A stretch of DNA of 64,000 nucleotides from positions 13,144,001 through 13,208,000 of the forward strand of contig NC_073396.1 in assembly GCF_028641065.1 (NCBI RefSeq). The letters are read 5' to 3'. Of the stretch, positions 1 through 15,091 are shown piece after piece (positions within the stretch are counted from its first letter, which is position 1; the number at the start of each line of letters is the position of its first letter). A program made the position numbers and the translations under genes. The notes under the pieces are model-generated. The model made no database searches and was not told the DNA's origin. It saw only the letters and a list, made by a program, of their open reading frames with translations. The stretch is from Leucoraja erinacea (lineage: Eukaryota).

Positions 1-3000
1 CAGTAAATGCAATGCTGAGTGTACAGCAGTGAATGCAAACTGTGCACCATAGCTGAGAGTTAGCATACTACCTGCAGACTTACTGTAATATCGATGGCAA
101 GTAAGTTTAAATTTCATGTGTTGCTGCACCATTACAATAAATCATCTGTAAGCTTTCACTTGTTTTAACAAACCTGTTAAACTACAAATTACAAATACAG
201 TTGAAAACAAGTGTAATTTCAAAAGTAGGGACAGAGAGGTGGAAAAATTCAAGGTAAAGGTATAGTGTAGTGCAATCAAGTCACATTCAAATCATGTATG
301 TTATAAAATATATTCAAGTTATGGTACAGTTGAATATCGCCCAAAGTATGTGATTAAGCCAAAAGTGCCCTGTGAGTAGAATTCCTAATTGCAGCCTCCC
401 AATTTTTCTCAATGCACATCAGTCACAGGAGCCCTAAAACCACCAAGTACCAGAGATCCCAGGTTCATGAAATGTGTCCCACACGATAGATCTACTCAAA
501 AACAGTTGGATCCATGTGTAGGTGTCCATGTTAGTGGTATCACTGAGCCTCAACTTTCTCTATGCCATTGCATATTACTAACCTCTTCTAGGGAATTAAA
601 GTTTGATTGTTTTTTGTGAGAGGAACTTTATTGTGTACAAATGGCTATGTGAGTGAAGGACATATTCTATTTGGAAATGACAGGGTGGAGGTTCAGGCCA
701 TGTTCTCTTAGCAGTGGGAATGTCTTATTTTATTTTTTCAGGCCTGACTGAATTTCCAGTCTTTCTGCAGAACATGATTTAAAGAAAGCATGGGGTAGGA
801 TGACAATTTAAGACACCAGCAGAAATAAACAAGTTAATATATTCTGATATTTTTCTACTGACTGCAATATAGATGCACAGTTGCAATTACTTACAAAATA
901 ATTGACATTTTAGTGCCCAAGTATTAGTGTTGGCTTAAAAACTTTAACAACCAAAAACTGGAAAGCTCAACTAAGTTACAATTTTCTGGCTGAGGTGGAG
1001 GTCATTTGTAAGCAAGCAGGTATCACTACATAAACCTTTCTGCTGCTTGTGCCAAGTCAAGTTACATTACCAACAGAAAATGAGCCAACAAGTGTACCAT
1101 TACTTTCCATGGAGATATTTTCAATGCAACTAATTAGAGGATGCCAAAGATGTTCACATTATTCTCTGCTGCTATATTAAATAACTGTTTCCTGTCATGG
1201 TGAAGGTTTATGAAAGTAGTTTTTGTAAAGTCCACAAATGAATTTGTCAGATTTAAAGGGAGACATATCAAAAATTATTTCAACTGCTACGTTTGTGGTG
1301 TCGTCAGCAGGAACTGGGCCCTTCAAAGGCATGAAAAAAATACAAACACAAACGTAAAGAGTTTTAAAATGATTGGATTTAGTTGTAATACTCATAACAT
1401 TCATAACTGTAACTAAACTGGAATTCCTGCGAAGTCTAGTAACATTCTAATTTTTTTTTGTATTTTTTGGTTTTCATGTGTAAACAGCAAAAAGTTTGAG
1501 AGTATCTGGATACGAATACCTGGGCATCATGGTGTTAGTTTGCTGTATATGAATCCAACATAAAAGCCACAACCCAATAGAAGAAATGTGCCTATTTAAT
1601 CTTCCATAGTTTTCAGTTGATTTTTGGCTTGTTTTTATTCATCCCAAATGCAACACATGCAATACAAAATGCAACACATTGTCATACAGCATGGAAACTG
1701 GCCATTCAGCTCAATTAGTTCATCCGACCCAGATGCCTATCTAAGCTAGTCCCTTTTGCCAAGGTTTGACCCATATGCCTCTAAACTTTTCCCATCCATG
1801 TTGTTTAGTTGAGATACAGCGAGTCCGCACCGACCAGCGATCGCCGCACATTAACGCTACCCTACACACGCTAGGGACACGTTAAAATGATACCAAGCCA
1901 ATTAACCTACAACTATGTTTTTGGAGTGTGGGAGGAAACCGACTTGTTCAAATGTCTTTCAAATGTTGTTAGTGTACCTGCCTCAACCACATCCTCCAGT
2001 GATTCCTTCCATATATGTACCATCGTGTGCGTGGAAAAGGTTGCTCTCAGGTTCCTATTAAATGTTGCCCCGCTGAGCTTAAATCAATGGCCTCTGATTC
2101 TTCATTCCCAAATTGCATTATTTGTATTAGAACTTGTATTAACTAGAAAGTCGTGTATATTGATGTTACATGCTGCATCAATTAGACAGCCAGCATCATT
2201 TTTAAATTCTTATTTAGAACACTTTAAATCTTATTTGATATAGACAAAATTACTGCCCGACAGTAGAGATTACATGTGTTATACTTGGTAAAAGTGAGTG
2301 TTAATGTAGGCATTAATAAATGTATGATATATCATTTGGATAATAACGTGAAGAAAATTTGCCTGGAAAGGCCACATGGACAGTGAATACAAAAATAAAA
2401 CGACATTGCTGAACGGTGTATTATTTATAAACTTGTCTGAATGCATTTCAGTTATAGCATGTCAATTCCATGGAGGTTATGGTAGACATGTTCTGCATTA
2501 GTTGCATGTATGTACAGAGGCAACCTGCAACCCCAGTTACTCATCCGGGATCATCGTGGTTCTCAGGTGATATTTATGATCAGTCAGTCAAAAATTGTGC
2601 AAAGGTTGATAACACTTTACACAAACAGTAAAGAAAGGTCAGCGTCATTCTTTTGAGAAATAACACAACTGCTTACCTAATGGGGACAGGATTAATGCAA
2701 CAAACCGAGTTAGGATACACAGGTAGCCTAATGATTTAACATCTCAGTCCCAAAATAATTTCATAAATAATTACAGCATATATCAAGCTCAATTTGTTTT
2801 TCTGGCACTGAGCAGAGCCAATAAAAATATTAAATTATGAAGTGAAGATCGCACACCATCGTCTTAAGTGTAGCTGTGGAGGAGCAGCTGGTCTTCACTG
2901 GGCCTAAAGAAACAGAACCATTTACGACACCAAGGTTTCCCTTTGCCAGAGTCACTTCATGACCTGGGAGTGCCCAGGCAGTGTTCAAACTTTGTCCAGC

Positions 3001-5663
3001 TATTCAATTCCAGGTCCCCAGTAAAGTAGATACTGCAACAAGAAAAAAGAGAATGGTAGATGAGAGAGTAGGCGTTAAAGAGTTTAAACTCTTAAGCATG
3101 GAGTGGCAGACACTCGGGGGCAGAATTAGAATTACCCAAAGCCTTCAGCCCATCATGAGAAGGTAACTGTATATACATTATCCTTTTTAAACAAGATTGT
3201 CGTAGTATGGATTTAATGCAAATTAACAGCTGATGCTTAATAATGACATAGAAAACATTTGGGTTATACCTTTGCACAAGATCCTATGGCAAACATAAAA
3301 ATTGATTATGTGCAGGAATACAAGAGGAAGAAACCATTATTAGATTTCAGCAGATGTGTTCCTCAAATGCATTCACCCACCTTTGCCACAGTCAGGCTCA
3401 GTGAAATATGTAATTGATCATTGACAACGTTTTGTAAAAGCAGATGTTAAATATCTTGGATGATTTCTCTTAGATGAATGACAAATCAAATCCCTAATAT
3501 GTTATTCTCTTCCCTACCACATAGAAAACAAGACTGCTTCAAATATCCCTGTACTGTGTTACTTGGACCTATTTTGTGCTTTGAAATTACCAATAAGGTG
3601 TAATGACTGCTGAAGAGGGGAGATGGGCTAGGCTTCTATGAAGCATCAACAGCAGCAAGAACCAGACGGCTCAAATTACTTGTTTGTACAGAAACCTCTT
3701 TTATATGTTCCATCAAAAAAATCAGGAAATTAGTATGGGCAAGATTGCGAATTTAAAAAAATAATTGTGCACATCAGAGCATGTACAGGAAATCTTTCTA
3801 GAGCAAAGATGTACAATATGAAATTTTAGTCAATACTTCAATATTACCAGTTACACAATGAATTATTATGCACCCATCAATACAAGAACTAAGTGCTATA
3901 ACCATTTTGAATAATGCAAGGTCAAAAATCAGTTAATGGTGTGTTGCGCTTCCTAGTTACGGGAAGAACATTAGTCAGGGCATCGCATCAAGGCAATTGG
4001 AACATTCCCAATTTAATCTACAACCACTATCTCAGGATTAAATCTGGTTTTCAGCACTGCTAATATGTACCAATCCTGGAACCTTCCTGAGTAAATCAGG
4101 ACAATGCTGGCAAACACCAACCTGATATGTGCTAACCTCTGGAATGGTGTGTTTGTCCCATCTTTAAATTAGACTGACCCATTGTTATCTCAACTGTTTA
4201 TCCATGTTGGTTTTGCATTCTTCAAGACATACATGTATTAACTCCAAAACAAAATCTTTGAGGTTATCTTGCAGAAATCAGAATTAGCAGACTTGTTGGA
4301 AATGCCACAGCATAGGCCCAGTGTAAATATGGCCTCAATGCTCAGAAAATTGGTCAGGGAGAAACTGCAAGTTTGTTGATACTGGTAGTGAGTTTGATGG
4401 ATTTTGCAAAGACACTGCTGGTAGTCTCTTTCTAGTGCCTATGTGAATCTCCATATAGGCCTCATATTGATGGGGGGGGGGAAAGGAGAGGAGAGAGCAG
4501 GAACCACTACAGTTGTTCCACAGATAATCAAAGGCTGTGCTGGCACAATAAATGTGATGATAAATTTCATCACTGAAAAGTGTCTTCACTGAGAGAAGTC
4601 TCCTGGGACATTGGAAGTTGCCACATTTTTCTGGATGTCAAAGTAGACTTCTATTATTAGATGGTGGTGTTCTACACTACGGTGGTGAGGGAATGTTTTG
4701 CAGATATTGACACAAGACTCATCCCCTTGTATGCTTCACTAGGAGTCAATGATAACTTGAACTTCAGCTCTGAGTGCACACAAATAAAATTGTCTGCTTA
4801 CTGTAGGAAAGAACTGCAGATACTGGTTTAAATCAAAGATAAACACAAAATGTTGGAGAAACTCAGCCAGATAGGCTGCATCTCTGGAGAGAAGGAATGG
4901 GTGATGTTTCGTGTTGAGACCCTTCTTTCCTACTGTAGTTTGCTTGCAGTTGCGAACAGTTTCACTGCACTGGGACTTTGTGAATTCTGTTGCAGGAAGA
5001 GATTTTCAGGTGAATGAAGGAAAAGATTTAAAGAACCCCCTTGGGGGGAAAAAACCGTAACATTCCCACCAACCCCTGAGAATCTCTGGCCCATGGCAAA
5101 CAATAAAGGAACAGCACTGGATGGCAATGAGAACCCAGAGTCCATGTGTTGAGTGCACATAGAAGCCTTCTGTAAATGATGGAACAGACTTACAAATCAA
5201 CCAAATACAGTTCTACAGGAACGGGTGAAAGGTCACCATAGGTAAACAGAAATGCAGTGTTGAGTTTACAGTCAGATTAGCCGTGATCGTATTAAACGGC
5301 AAAGCAGGCTTAGGGACCCTGTGGCTTAGGCCCATTCTGAACTTGTTTATTTGTACGAGGTGGAATCAAGACAAGCATGTTAAGGCAAATGAAGGAAGAT
5401 AGATTTACCAGATACTTAATTGAGAATTTGAAAGTGAAAATCAGTTACACCTTAAATGTATTCCAGTCATAAAGGAGGATGGAGAGAAACAAGAAGGGTC
5501 TACTAAACCCTGGCATTATATATTAAGCATTTATGGGCTTGCTGACACCCACCAGAGTTCTTGTTGAATGAATGCAGAGAGTTCCTCCCCCCCCCAACAC
5601 ATACCCTAATTCACCCTGCCTTAACATACCTGTCTTCATGGTGCTGTAGAGAAAAGGCCCATC

Positions 5664-5798
<135 letters not shown>

Positions 5799-6004
5799 TC
5801 ACCTCCTCCATAAGGGATTACATTCCTTTCAGAGATAAGATGAAATAAAAAGTTAACCACCTCAGAAAATCCCAATACGAGTACAGATAGTTACAACATC
5901 GGAAACGGCTGTCAATTCACAATAAGCAATGTAATCAGGACCAGATAATTAAGCTGGGATGATGAATGATGCAGATCAGGTAGTCTGAAGGTGGATAAGT
6001 GAAA

Positions 6005-6348
6005 GGCCTGCATAGTGGATTTGGAGACGATGTTTCCACTAGTGGGAGAGTCTAGGACCAGTGGCCATAGCCTCAAAATAAAAGGATGTACCATTAGAAA
6101 AATGAGGAGGAATTTCTTTAGTCAAAGGGTGGTGAAACTGTGGAATTCATTGCCACACAAGGCTGTGCAGACCAAGACAATGGATATTTTTAAGGCGGTG
6201 ATTGACAGATTCTTGATTAGTACAGATGTCAGCAGTTATGGGGAGAAGGCAGGAGAATGGGTGACGAGCAAAAGATAGACCAGCCATGATTGAGTAGCGG
6301 AGTACACTTGATGGGCCAAATGACCCAATTCTGCTCCTATAATTTATC
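6005..6348 (+). mobile_element. CR1-type LINE 3' fragment
   Basis: ORF2 C-terminus MFPLVGESRTSGHSLKIKG...FFSQRVVKLWNSLP plus the conserved 3'UTR. Confidence 0.88.
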
Positions 6349-6854
6349 AACTTTTGAGCACTCCATATAATCTATAATGTTCACATGGCTGCGTTTTGGC
6401 ACCATATCTAAAAGACCATCAGTCCAGCGCTCCCTCTGAACCACATTGTCAACACCAATCTAGATATTTTGCTCAAATACCCAACACATCGCCCCTGCCA
6501 TGACTTTTAATGCAGAGCTGCAAAGGCCCAGTATAAAACCTTGAAAGGAAGAGACTGAAGTTAACCAGGGGAACTACATATTGTTTATACTCTTCAGTAA
6601 CAAGAGAAGAAAAACCCAAGACCAAATGGAACCAGCGAGGTTTAGGTGACAGGCAACATGTAAATCACCACATCAACACAAAAGGTCTCCTGGCTCAGGG
6701 TGAATGCAGCAGCTTAAAGCTTTCACTCTCTTTCCTCATCACTCTTCTTTGTTAACTTATTCGAAAATCAAGGATTGCATGTTGGACATCAGAAACAGAA
6801 TGGACAGAGGCAATCCACCAATGGTATGCCCCAATATATACAGATCTCTTACAC

Positions 6855-7071
6855 CGAGGGTTCCCAACCAGGGAGGTAAATTTTGCCTACCCAAGGGGTA
6901 AATTTGTTGATTCTGGGTTTGTACATATTTTTTCTCATTCATTGACTGTGTTTGGTTCTGGTATACCAGTATCTGTTCATCATTAGTTGTTCATAAATAA
7001 GTGAAATAACATTGTTATGTGCTATTAAAGTTGCCAGGGGAGAACGGGGTGAAAAAGGTTGGGAACCCCTG
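6855..7071. mobile_element. hAT (Charlie-like) MITE
   Basis: TIR cgagggttcccaacc / ggttgggaacccctg; 8-bp TSD TCTTACAC at 6847-6854 and 7072-7079. Confidence 0.9.
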
Positions 7072-7361
7072 TCTTACACAGTCAAACAAAAGCACAAAGA
7101 TTATGAATTTTTTTGAAGATTCTGAAAACGGCTGATTCAGCTGTGAAAATCAGAACTTGCACAATCCAATGACTGTTGGGAGTTAGGAACTTCCTGCAAC
7201 AGTACTTGCTTCTGTACCTGCCGCTCTCTTCAATGGAACAGTGGGAATGCAACATGATTAAAACGGTGCAATCACACAACTTAGCTATAACTGTAGGAGC
7301 ATGGTCGTCACCCTTCTCCCCTTTAACAAATTATAACATTGGCCTCTGGTGACTATGCTCA

Positions 7362-7478
<117 letters not shown>

Positions 7479-7931
7479 CTATAAAGAGATAAACAGCAGA
7501 AAAATACACACCCGTTTTTCTACATGATGGCTAAAGTCACCTATGGTTATTGTGTAGCTTTCTTATGAATCCCGATTATTTCTGAATTTGTACTGCAATG
7601 TAAGGAATTAAATACAAAAAGATTACATGTGCAACTGCACAAATGGAAGGACTCCAAAAAATCAACCCACACCAAAAAAAACCAGAGTCAGAATGCAATC
7701 TGATGAATCTTAAGACTTTGTATTGGGCCCACTAGTATTCAGTATATATGATAGCAAGTTCATGGAGAAACAGACAGCCTGTCGTATGATTGGATATATT
7801 GCAAATGAACTTTAATGCTGAGAAATGCAATGGTTATTATTTGGTTATTATTATTTGCAAATTTCTAAAAGAGGTACAAGAGAATCTGGGGATGAACGTG
7901 CATAGGTCAATGAAAGGGCAAGTTAAACATA

Positions 7932-8914
7932 CAGGTGCACAACCTTTTATCCGAAAGCCTTGGGACAAGACACTTGTCGGATTTCGGACATTTTCGGATT
8001 TCCGAATGGAAGATTTTTAGCGTAGATTAGGTAGGTAGCGCGGGCGGCTTGAAAAGTCTGGAGCAGCTGCCTCCTCCCCGGAGACCGGGAGAATCATTGC
8101 ATAAATGTTAGTCAGTTAGTTTGGAGGGATTTTATGTGGTGGTGGTGGAGTAGGGGTGAAGGGGGAAACTTTAATTCTTAGTCCCCTACCTGGTCGGCGA
8201 CTCCCAACCTCGCGGAGCTGGGGGCTCCGTCCGGCCACGGGCGGCGCCGGTTGGAGCTCCGACCCCGGCAACTCTACCCCTGGCTGCGCGGCTCCAAATC
8301 CAGCGACGCTCCGCGAACGTTGGGAGTCGGCGGCCACAGCGCTCCGGAGCTTGCCGCACGGCGACCCGGTAAGGCATTGCCCGCTCCCCACTGGTATCCC
8401 AGCGCTGCGACGCCGCCGACTCCCGACATTCGTGGAGCTGGGTCGTCCAGCCGCGGGCCGCGCTCGATTTGGAGCGCCTCGCAGCCAGGGGTAGAGTTGC
8501 CGGGGTCAGAGCTACAACCGGCGCCGCCCGCAGCCCCACCAGCCACAGCGCTGCGGAGCTTACTGCACGTCGACCCGGTAAGGCATTGACCGCTCCCCGC
8601 CTCTCCGACCAGGTAGGGGACTAAGAATTAAAGTTTACCCCTTCACCCCCCCTTCACATAAAAGCCCTCCAAACTAACTGACTAACATTTAAGCAATGAT
8701 TTACAGATGTTTAAGCGTCTCCCGGTCTCCGGGGAGGAGGCAGCCGCTGCAGTAGTACAGACCTGGGTTGACCGTGGGTCGTTTCGGTCACGACCGTTTC
8801 GGGTCAAGTTTGGCGCCAAACGCGAGCTTTGGTGTGCAGACGACATCTGGAAAAAATGGCCGGTTTTCGGAGTTTTTCGGTTTCCGGAACACCGGATAAA
8901 AGATTGTGCACCTG
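7932..8914. mobile_element. Non-autonomous Tc1/mariner (pogo/Tigger-like) element with internal inverted repeat
   Basis: TIR CAGGTGCACAACCTTTTATCCG / CGGATAAAAGATTGTGCACCTG with TA on both sides. Confidence 0.9.
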
Positions 8915-9421
8915 TATTTCAGTTACTTTCACTCCTGGTAAGAGGGCCGATACAGTGCCAAAAGAGGGCTCCAGTCAAGATGAAATAATAAACTGAAGGC
9001 CAATCTGCCCAAGATGCAAACAATCATATGACAATACATAGAACATAGAAATTCTTCCTGCTGTGTTGGTCAATATTTGTTCTTCTAACCACTGCCAACT
9101 GTGCACTGGTGGAGAAGGGAATAAACATGAAGAAGTACCAATCAAGCAGATTATTACGAATCGGGATGAAATTGCCATTTATGGCACAGCTACTGGAACT
9201 GTACACAATACAATTTGCCAATCCCACAAATACCCATAACTTCATTCCCTACAATCCTCTAGAAACAGATAATCCTTGCCTCCAATTGCAACGCTTTCAG
9301 CCATCCCCAACACACTTTGCATTTCCAATTCTCAAAAGGTCACTGGACTCCCCATTGAAAGTTCCTGCCTCCTACTTTAAACTACATACAAAGAGTATGC
9401 CTTGCAATTACACACTGCTCA

Positions 9422-9580
<159 letters not shown>

Positions 9581-10582
9581 TCATTAACGGGTAAGTTAAT
9601 ACAAAATAAAGAAACACTTTCTTATACCTAATACCCTACAAACCATCGGACAATAGCCTGCCTCCTCCATCTTAATTAGCACCATCTTAATTAGCTGCAA
9701 AATATTTCAATCATCAGACCTTCTACCAGCCCTGGGTCATTACAATGCTGAAAACAAGGCCCATTCCACCCACTGATGCTGTGAGGACGGTTATTCGAAT
9801 TTGGCACCGGGGTGAAATCAGAGGAGAGAGAAATGCCAAGTATAGAAGATAAGAGGTTCATGTGAAGGGGTATGCAGGAAACAAAGAGAAAAAGAGAGTT
9901 ATGAATAGTTCAGGGTAATAATCTCCACAATGCATAAAGTAGGGGCACACAATGGAGTGTACCAACAAATAAAAGACAGAAAAGAAAAGGGTCTTCATCT
10001 GTATGTTTGCAGCATTTTTACCAAGATAGATCAATAGCAGCATTAATAGAAATAAATGGGCTTTTCTCTGGAAGCCATTAAGAGATGTGGTTGCATGGTG
10101 ACCAAAGCAGGACAATTAGAAAGGACAGACAAAAAAAAGGGTATAGCAGCTCTCACAAATGATGAGAAGCTCAAGATGTACAATCAATTTGGATGGATAA
10201 GAAAGGCAAGTCACTGATGGAAGCGGTATATAAGCCTAATATAGCTTCACTCTAGGACAGAATAAAAATCCAGAAATAATGAGGAATTGTAAGAAAGATA
10301 TTAATGATGTTCAGAGCTAATATTAGTCATCAGCTAGAATGAATAAATCAAATGGTAAGGATAACCTTGGAAAATCAAAGCAATTCAGAATTATGTCTTG
10401 AAGCAATACATTGCAGAACCAGAGGGCAGGCTATTTTAAATTTGATATTATGCAATGGGAAAGCTTCAGTTAATAGTCTTGTAGAAAGAAAATCCCCATG
10501 GAAAGCATGGTCACAGCTTGGAAGAATTTCAAATTCAATGATGCAGAGAAATGTGGATCTGAAACTAGTGACCGAACCATAA

Positions 10583-11032
10583 CTGTAGGAGGCGAGAGAC
10601 AGCAATCTCATGGGTTGAGTGGGCCGCTGGGGGCCCTGGGAATCTCTTGGATCAGGTGCTGCTGGAGGTTCGATAGCGGTCAGACAAGCACACGGATTAG
10701 ATATGGCCTGCAGCAACACAGATGAGATGGTAGAAGACACCAACAGCATCGCCAGATCAGGTAAACCTCTGCAATTCCGACCATGGCTCGCTGCCAGGAT
10801 AACGGGCCTTTAAGGCCAAGTTAAGACTTCACTTTAATAACTTTGAAACTTGAAGGGTACAAGATGGCACCGGAAATGTGGCTACTCTTGTATACTGCCT
10901 CAGTGTAATCTACTAATGTTTCATTCTTGTACTTGGGTATGATTATGCTTATGTATAGCTAGATTTTACTGAATTGTATGCAAAAAAAGGAATTTCACTA
11001 TATCTAGGAACATGTTAGAATAAAGTGCCATT
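10583..11032 (+). mobile_element. Non-autonomous retroelement with Rex1/Babar-like 3' tail inside a decayed CR1
   Basis: Flanked by GAACCATAA at 10574-10582 and 11033-11041; tail gaatttcact...aataaa resembles the 61850-61885 tail. Confidence 0.5.
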
Positions 11033-11587
11033 GAACCATAAAAAATATTTACAATGATACAAGCTCAAATTTGACAAACGTGGACTGGGAAACGGCATGA
11101 AAAGCTCAAACAGTAGATCATAAGGGTCTAATCTTATTGCTTTGGTCATTTATATGTCTTCCTCGTGCTCATTAATATAATTGCAAGGTAAATAATCACA
11201 ATACATTAAACTGTATAGCACCTGTCTTTCTATAAACTCAGATGCTACACTGTTTTAACTAAATTATTTTGAATTGTACCACAAACCCTGCTCCGTTATT
11301 TGAACTATTAATAGTAAAAACAAAATTACATTAGAGCAGACTACTCAAAATGTATGGAGGAGATTACATCCAATCTTTGCCTGCTGCTAGTTTGCCAAGG
11401 ACCATCATTATAAAAGCATGGGTTCATACTCATAGCTGATCATACCAGAATCTTTGCAAATATAATATACAACAGAAACTTTGAATAATAAAAGGCCATC
11501 TTCTGCAAAATTCGATTCAGAAATTTCTGGACGATGAGGGAAAAGGTGGATAAAGTAAGCTCTGGATTGTACAATGCAACAGCCTCA

Positions 11588-11881
<294 letters not shown>

Positions 11882-12939
11882 CTAGAGGGTCACACATCTG
11901 GTCATTAATAACCAGGGTACTGAATACGTGCGAAAAGCAGCCCGAGTCGCTGATGCACCATAAACCAATACCATCAAACGGAATGGGTGCTTCGGTGGAT
12001 GGGATGGGGTTGTAAGAAGCATAAACAGATGCGCTGAGATGCTGTCCATGTTAGAGAGCACGAAGATGAGGGCATAAAAAATTCAAATGCTTCGAGGGAT
12101 TATACCGCATGACCAAGAGAGGCCTTCAGGACAAAAAGCTAACAAGGAACATGGGTTTTACTTCTAAACGTCTCTGATCCTCACGACTTATTGCCGCTCT
12201 GTTAACACTCAGTGTAACACTGTTCACAAAATTAAACATAAGTATGTCAACCTGTTTTGATTTGTCTGCTTTAGTATAGTAAGATGATGCAAACAAATGC
12301 AACACTGAGCCACACAAACATAAATTAAAGACACAAGCAACTGCAGATGCTGGAATCTTGCGTAGAACACAAAGTGCTGGAGTAACTCAGTGGGTCAGGT
12401 ATCATGTCTGGAGGATGTGAATAGGCAATATTTTGGGTTGGGACCATTCTTCAGACTGATTGTAGTAGTGGGGGGAAAGCTAAAGGCGAGGTGGGGGCAG
12501 GATAGAGCCCGATAAGAGATATGGAGATACAAGTGAGGAGGATTTCGATTTGTAGATGGGTGGACAAAGGTTAGAGATGAAAAAGAGATGGGTGGCAAAA
12601 GAGGACAAAAGTAGACAAGCAGACAAAAGAGTGTCAGGTAACAAGAGGAATGGAAAAGTAAGAGGACAAAAGCAGGAATTAGGATCGGTGACCAAAAGCT
12701 CAATCAAAGACATGCTTAAAGAACATTTACCAGCATGAGAAAAAGAGTTTTGGTCCCAGGCAGCTGATGGTACAACCACCAGTGGTTTCAGAATGAATGT
12801 TCAAGATACCAGAATGGTGGAGAGTGCAGATTAAAATGACAAGGGATCTTTGGCAGTTACAGGAGTGGATCGAATCATGAAATAATTTGATTTAAATATA
12901 AAAGTTTGGATTATAAAATAGTAACCTGGATATTACAGT

Positions 12940-13470
12940 ATTTGCTGGAGTTTAGAAGAATGAGGGGGGGGGACCTCATTGAAATGTACAGAATAGTGAA
13001 AGGCTCGGAGAGAGTGGATGTGAAGAGGATGTTTGCACTAGTGGGAGCGTCTAGGACTAGAGGTCATAGCCTCAGAATTAAAGGACGGTCTTTTAGGAAG
13101 TAGATGGGGAGGAATTTCTTTAGTCAGAGGGTGGTGAATCTGTGGAATTCTTTGCCACAGAAGGCTGTGGAGGCAAGGTCAGTGGATATATTTCTTCTTC
13201 TTCTTCTTGCGTATGGAGTGCACAGCCTAAAGTTGTAGGACAACTTGTTCTATTTGATCTTATTTGCTATCCACGCCAGGTAGATTGCATTAGTCAAAAC
13301 AGGGCAGACCACAGTGGATATATTTAAGGCAGAGATAAATAGATTCTTGATTAAAACGGGTGTCAGAGGTTATGGGGTGAAGGCAAGAGAATGGAGTTAG
13401 ATGGGAGAGATAGATCAGCCATGATTGAATGGCAAAGTAGACTTGATGGGCCTAATTCTACTCCTATCAC
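12940..13470 (+). mobile_element. CR1 LINE 3' fragment interrupted by a 118-bp insert
   Basis: LEFRRMRGDLIE...RTRGHSLRIKG motif and 3'UTR; insert 13194-13311. Confidence 0.88.
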
Positions 13471-13561
13471 ATGGATATAGGTCAGAAAACCGATGTGAAT
13501 TGGACAGAAACGTCAGGACACAGACAACAGAGTTGTGAATGTGGCCCAAATACTGCATTCA

Positions 13562-13729
<168 letters not shown>

Positions 13730-13734
13730 TCAGA

Positions 13735-14170
13735 AATTTTATGACATATGATGAAAAAATGGGTCGACGGGGCTTGTATTCACTGGACTTTAGAAGGATG
13801 AGAGGGAATCTTATAGAAACATATACAATTCTTATCGGATTGGACAGGTTAGATGCTGGGAAAATGTTCCTGATGTTAGGGGAGTCCAGAGCCAGGGGTC
13901 ACAGTTTAAGAATAAAGGGTAGGCCGGTTAGAACTGAGATGAAGAAACATTTTTTCACCCAGAGAGTTGTGAATCTGTGGAATTCTCTGCCACAGAATGC
14001 AGTGGAGGCCGATTCACTGCATGTTTTCAAGAGTTAGATTTAGCTCATAAGGCTAAAGGAAGCAGGGGGAATTGGGGAAAAAGCAGGAATGGGGTACTGA
14101 TTTCAGATGATCAGCCATGATTATATTGAATAGCAATGCTGGGTCGAATGGCCTATGCACCTATGTTTCT
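13735..14170 (+). mobile_element. CR1 LINE 3' fragment
   Basis: GLYSLDFRRMRGNLIETY...FFTQRVVNLWNSLP; ends ctatgtttcta. Confidence 0.9.
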
Positions 14171-14805
14171 AACCCCAATTTGAGAGGAGGGGAAAGCAGC
14201 AGTTACAATCACAACCAATCATGCATCCCCATAATCTTGTCAAAGGAACGCCCACCAATTTCAGGAACCCCGCACAGGATGCAACCCACACAGACCCAAC
14301 CAAAGATCTTATAGAATCTTTGGACCCAATCACCTAAACTCCCCCACCCAAATCACATTGTATGGATGTAGAGCCCTGCACCTACAGCAAAACAATGCCC
14401 CCTCAAGTCACCCCGGACACAACTGTGCCCAATCCACAACCCACTATCCCACCAATGAGACCAGCCCCACCTCCACTCCATCCACATCCCACAGTGATAA
14501 GCCCCCCTCAACACCAACAGGCCTCACCCAATTCCCCACTGACAGGATTCATCATTCCCCACTGATGGGATACATCTCCTCATTGCACAATAATGGGATT
14601 CTTCCCCCGTCCTACAATAATGGGATTCGTCCGCCCATCCTATAATAATAGGATTTCTTCCCAAACCCTACAATAATTGGATTGTCCTTCTCTTCCATCC
14701 TACTCTAACATCGCCCCCACCCTTCTCTGGCGTCCCTTCCCACCTCCTCTCTCTCCCCCACTGACAGGACTCACTCCCATCCCAATCCTTCAATGACGGG
14801 ACATC

Positions 14806-14918
14806 TCCATCCCCATCCCCATCCCCATGACCATGACCATGACCATGACCATGACCATCACCATCACCATGACCATGACCATGACCATCACCATCACCAT
14901 CACCATCACCATCACCAT
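14806..14918. repeat. Compound hexamer microsatellite (CCATCC/CCATGA/CCATCA)n in DCTN5 intron 1
   Basis: Directly visible. Confidence 0.95.
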
Positions 14919-15043
14919 CTTTGATCACCACCCCAAACCCTCCACCGACGGGTCTACCATCCGAGCCCGGAGCCCTGGTTTCCGCTCTCGATCATCCAGC
15001 GTCCGAAGAAGAATAAACACGATTCCCGCACTGACTCGCTCAC

Positions 15044-15091
15044 CGTCTCGATGTACTCCGCCTTGTTGTAGAGGATCTCGCACAGCTCCAT
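15044..15091 (-). CDS. DCTN5: DCTN5 coding exon 1
   Basis: ATG MELCEILYNKAEYIET / gtgagc; matches vertebrate DCTN5 N-terminus. Confidence 0.96.

Noticed and set aside
2677-2903. Possible minus-strand exon (tttctttag ... ag/gtaagc) downstream of DCTN5
   Set aside because: Good splice-like ends, but no recognisable coding content and no partner exons; cannot be supported without transcripts.
1-5600. PLK1 exons expected from human synteny
   Set aside because: I found no kinase or polo-box sequence; the region looks like DCTN5 3'UTR/intergenic DNA with repeat remnants. The DCTN5 poly(A) site is ambiguous (TTTATT at 5346, ~1634, 627).
8116-8988. Cluster of overlapping 90-117 aa ORFs on both strands
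   Set aside because: Stop-poor GC-rich core of a non-autonomous transposon; no recognisable protein motifs.
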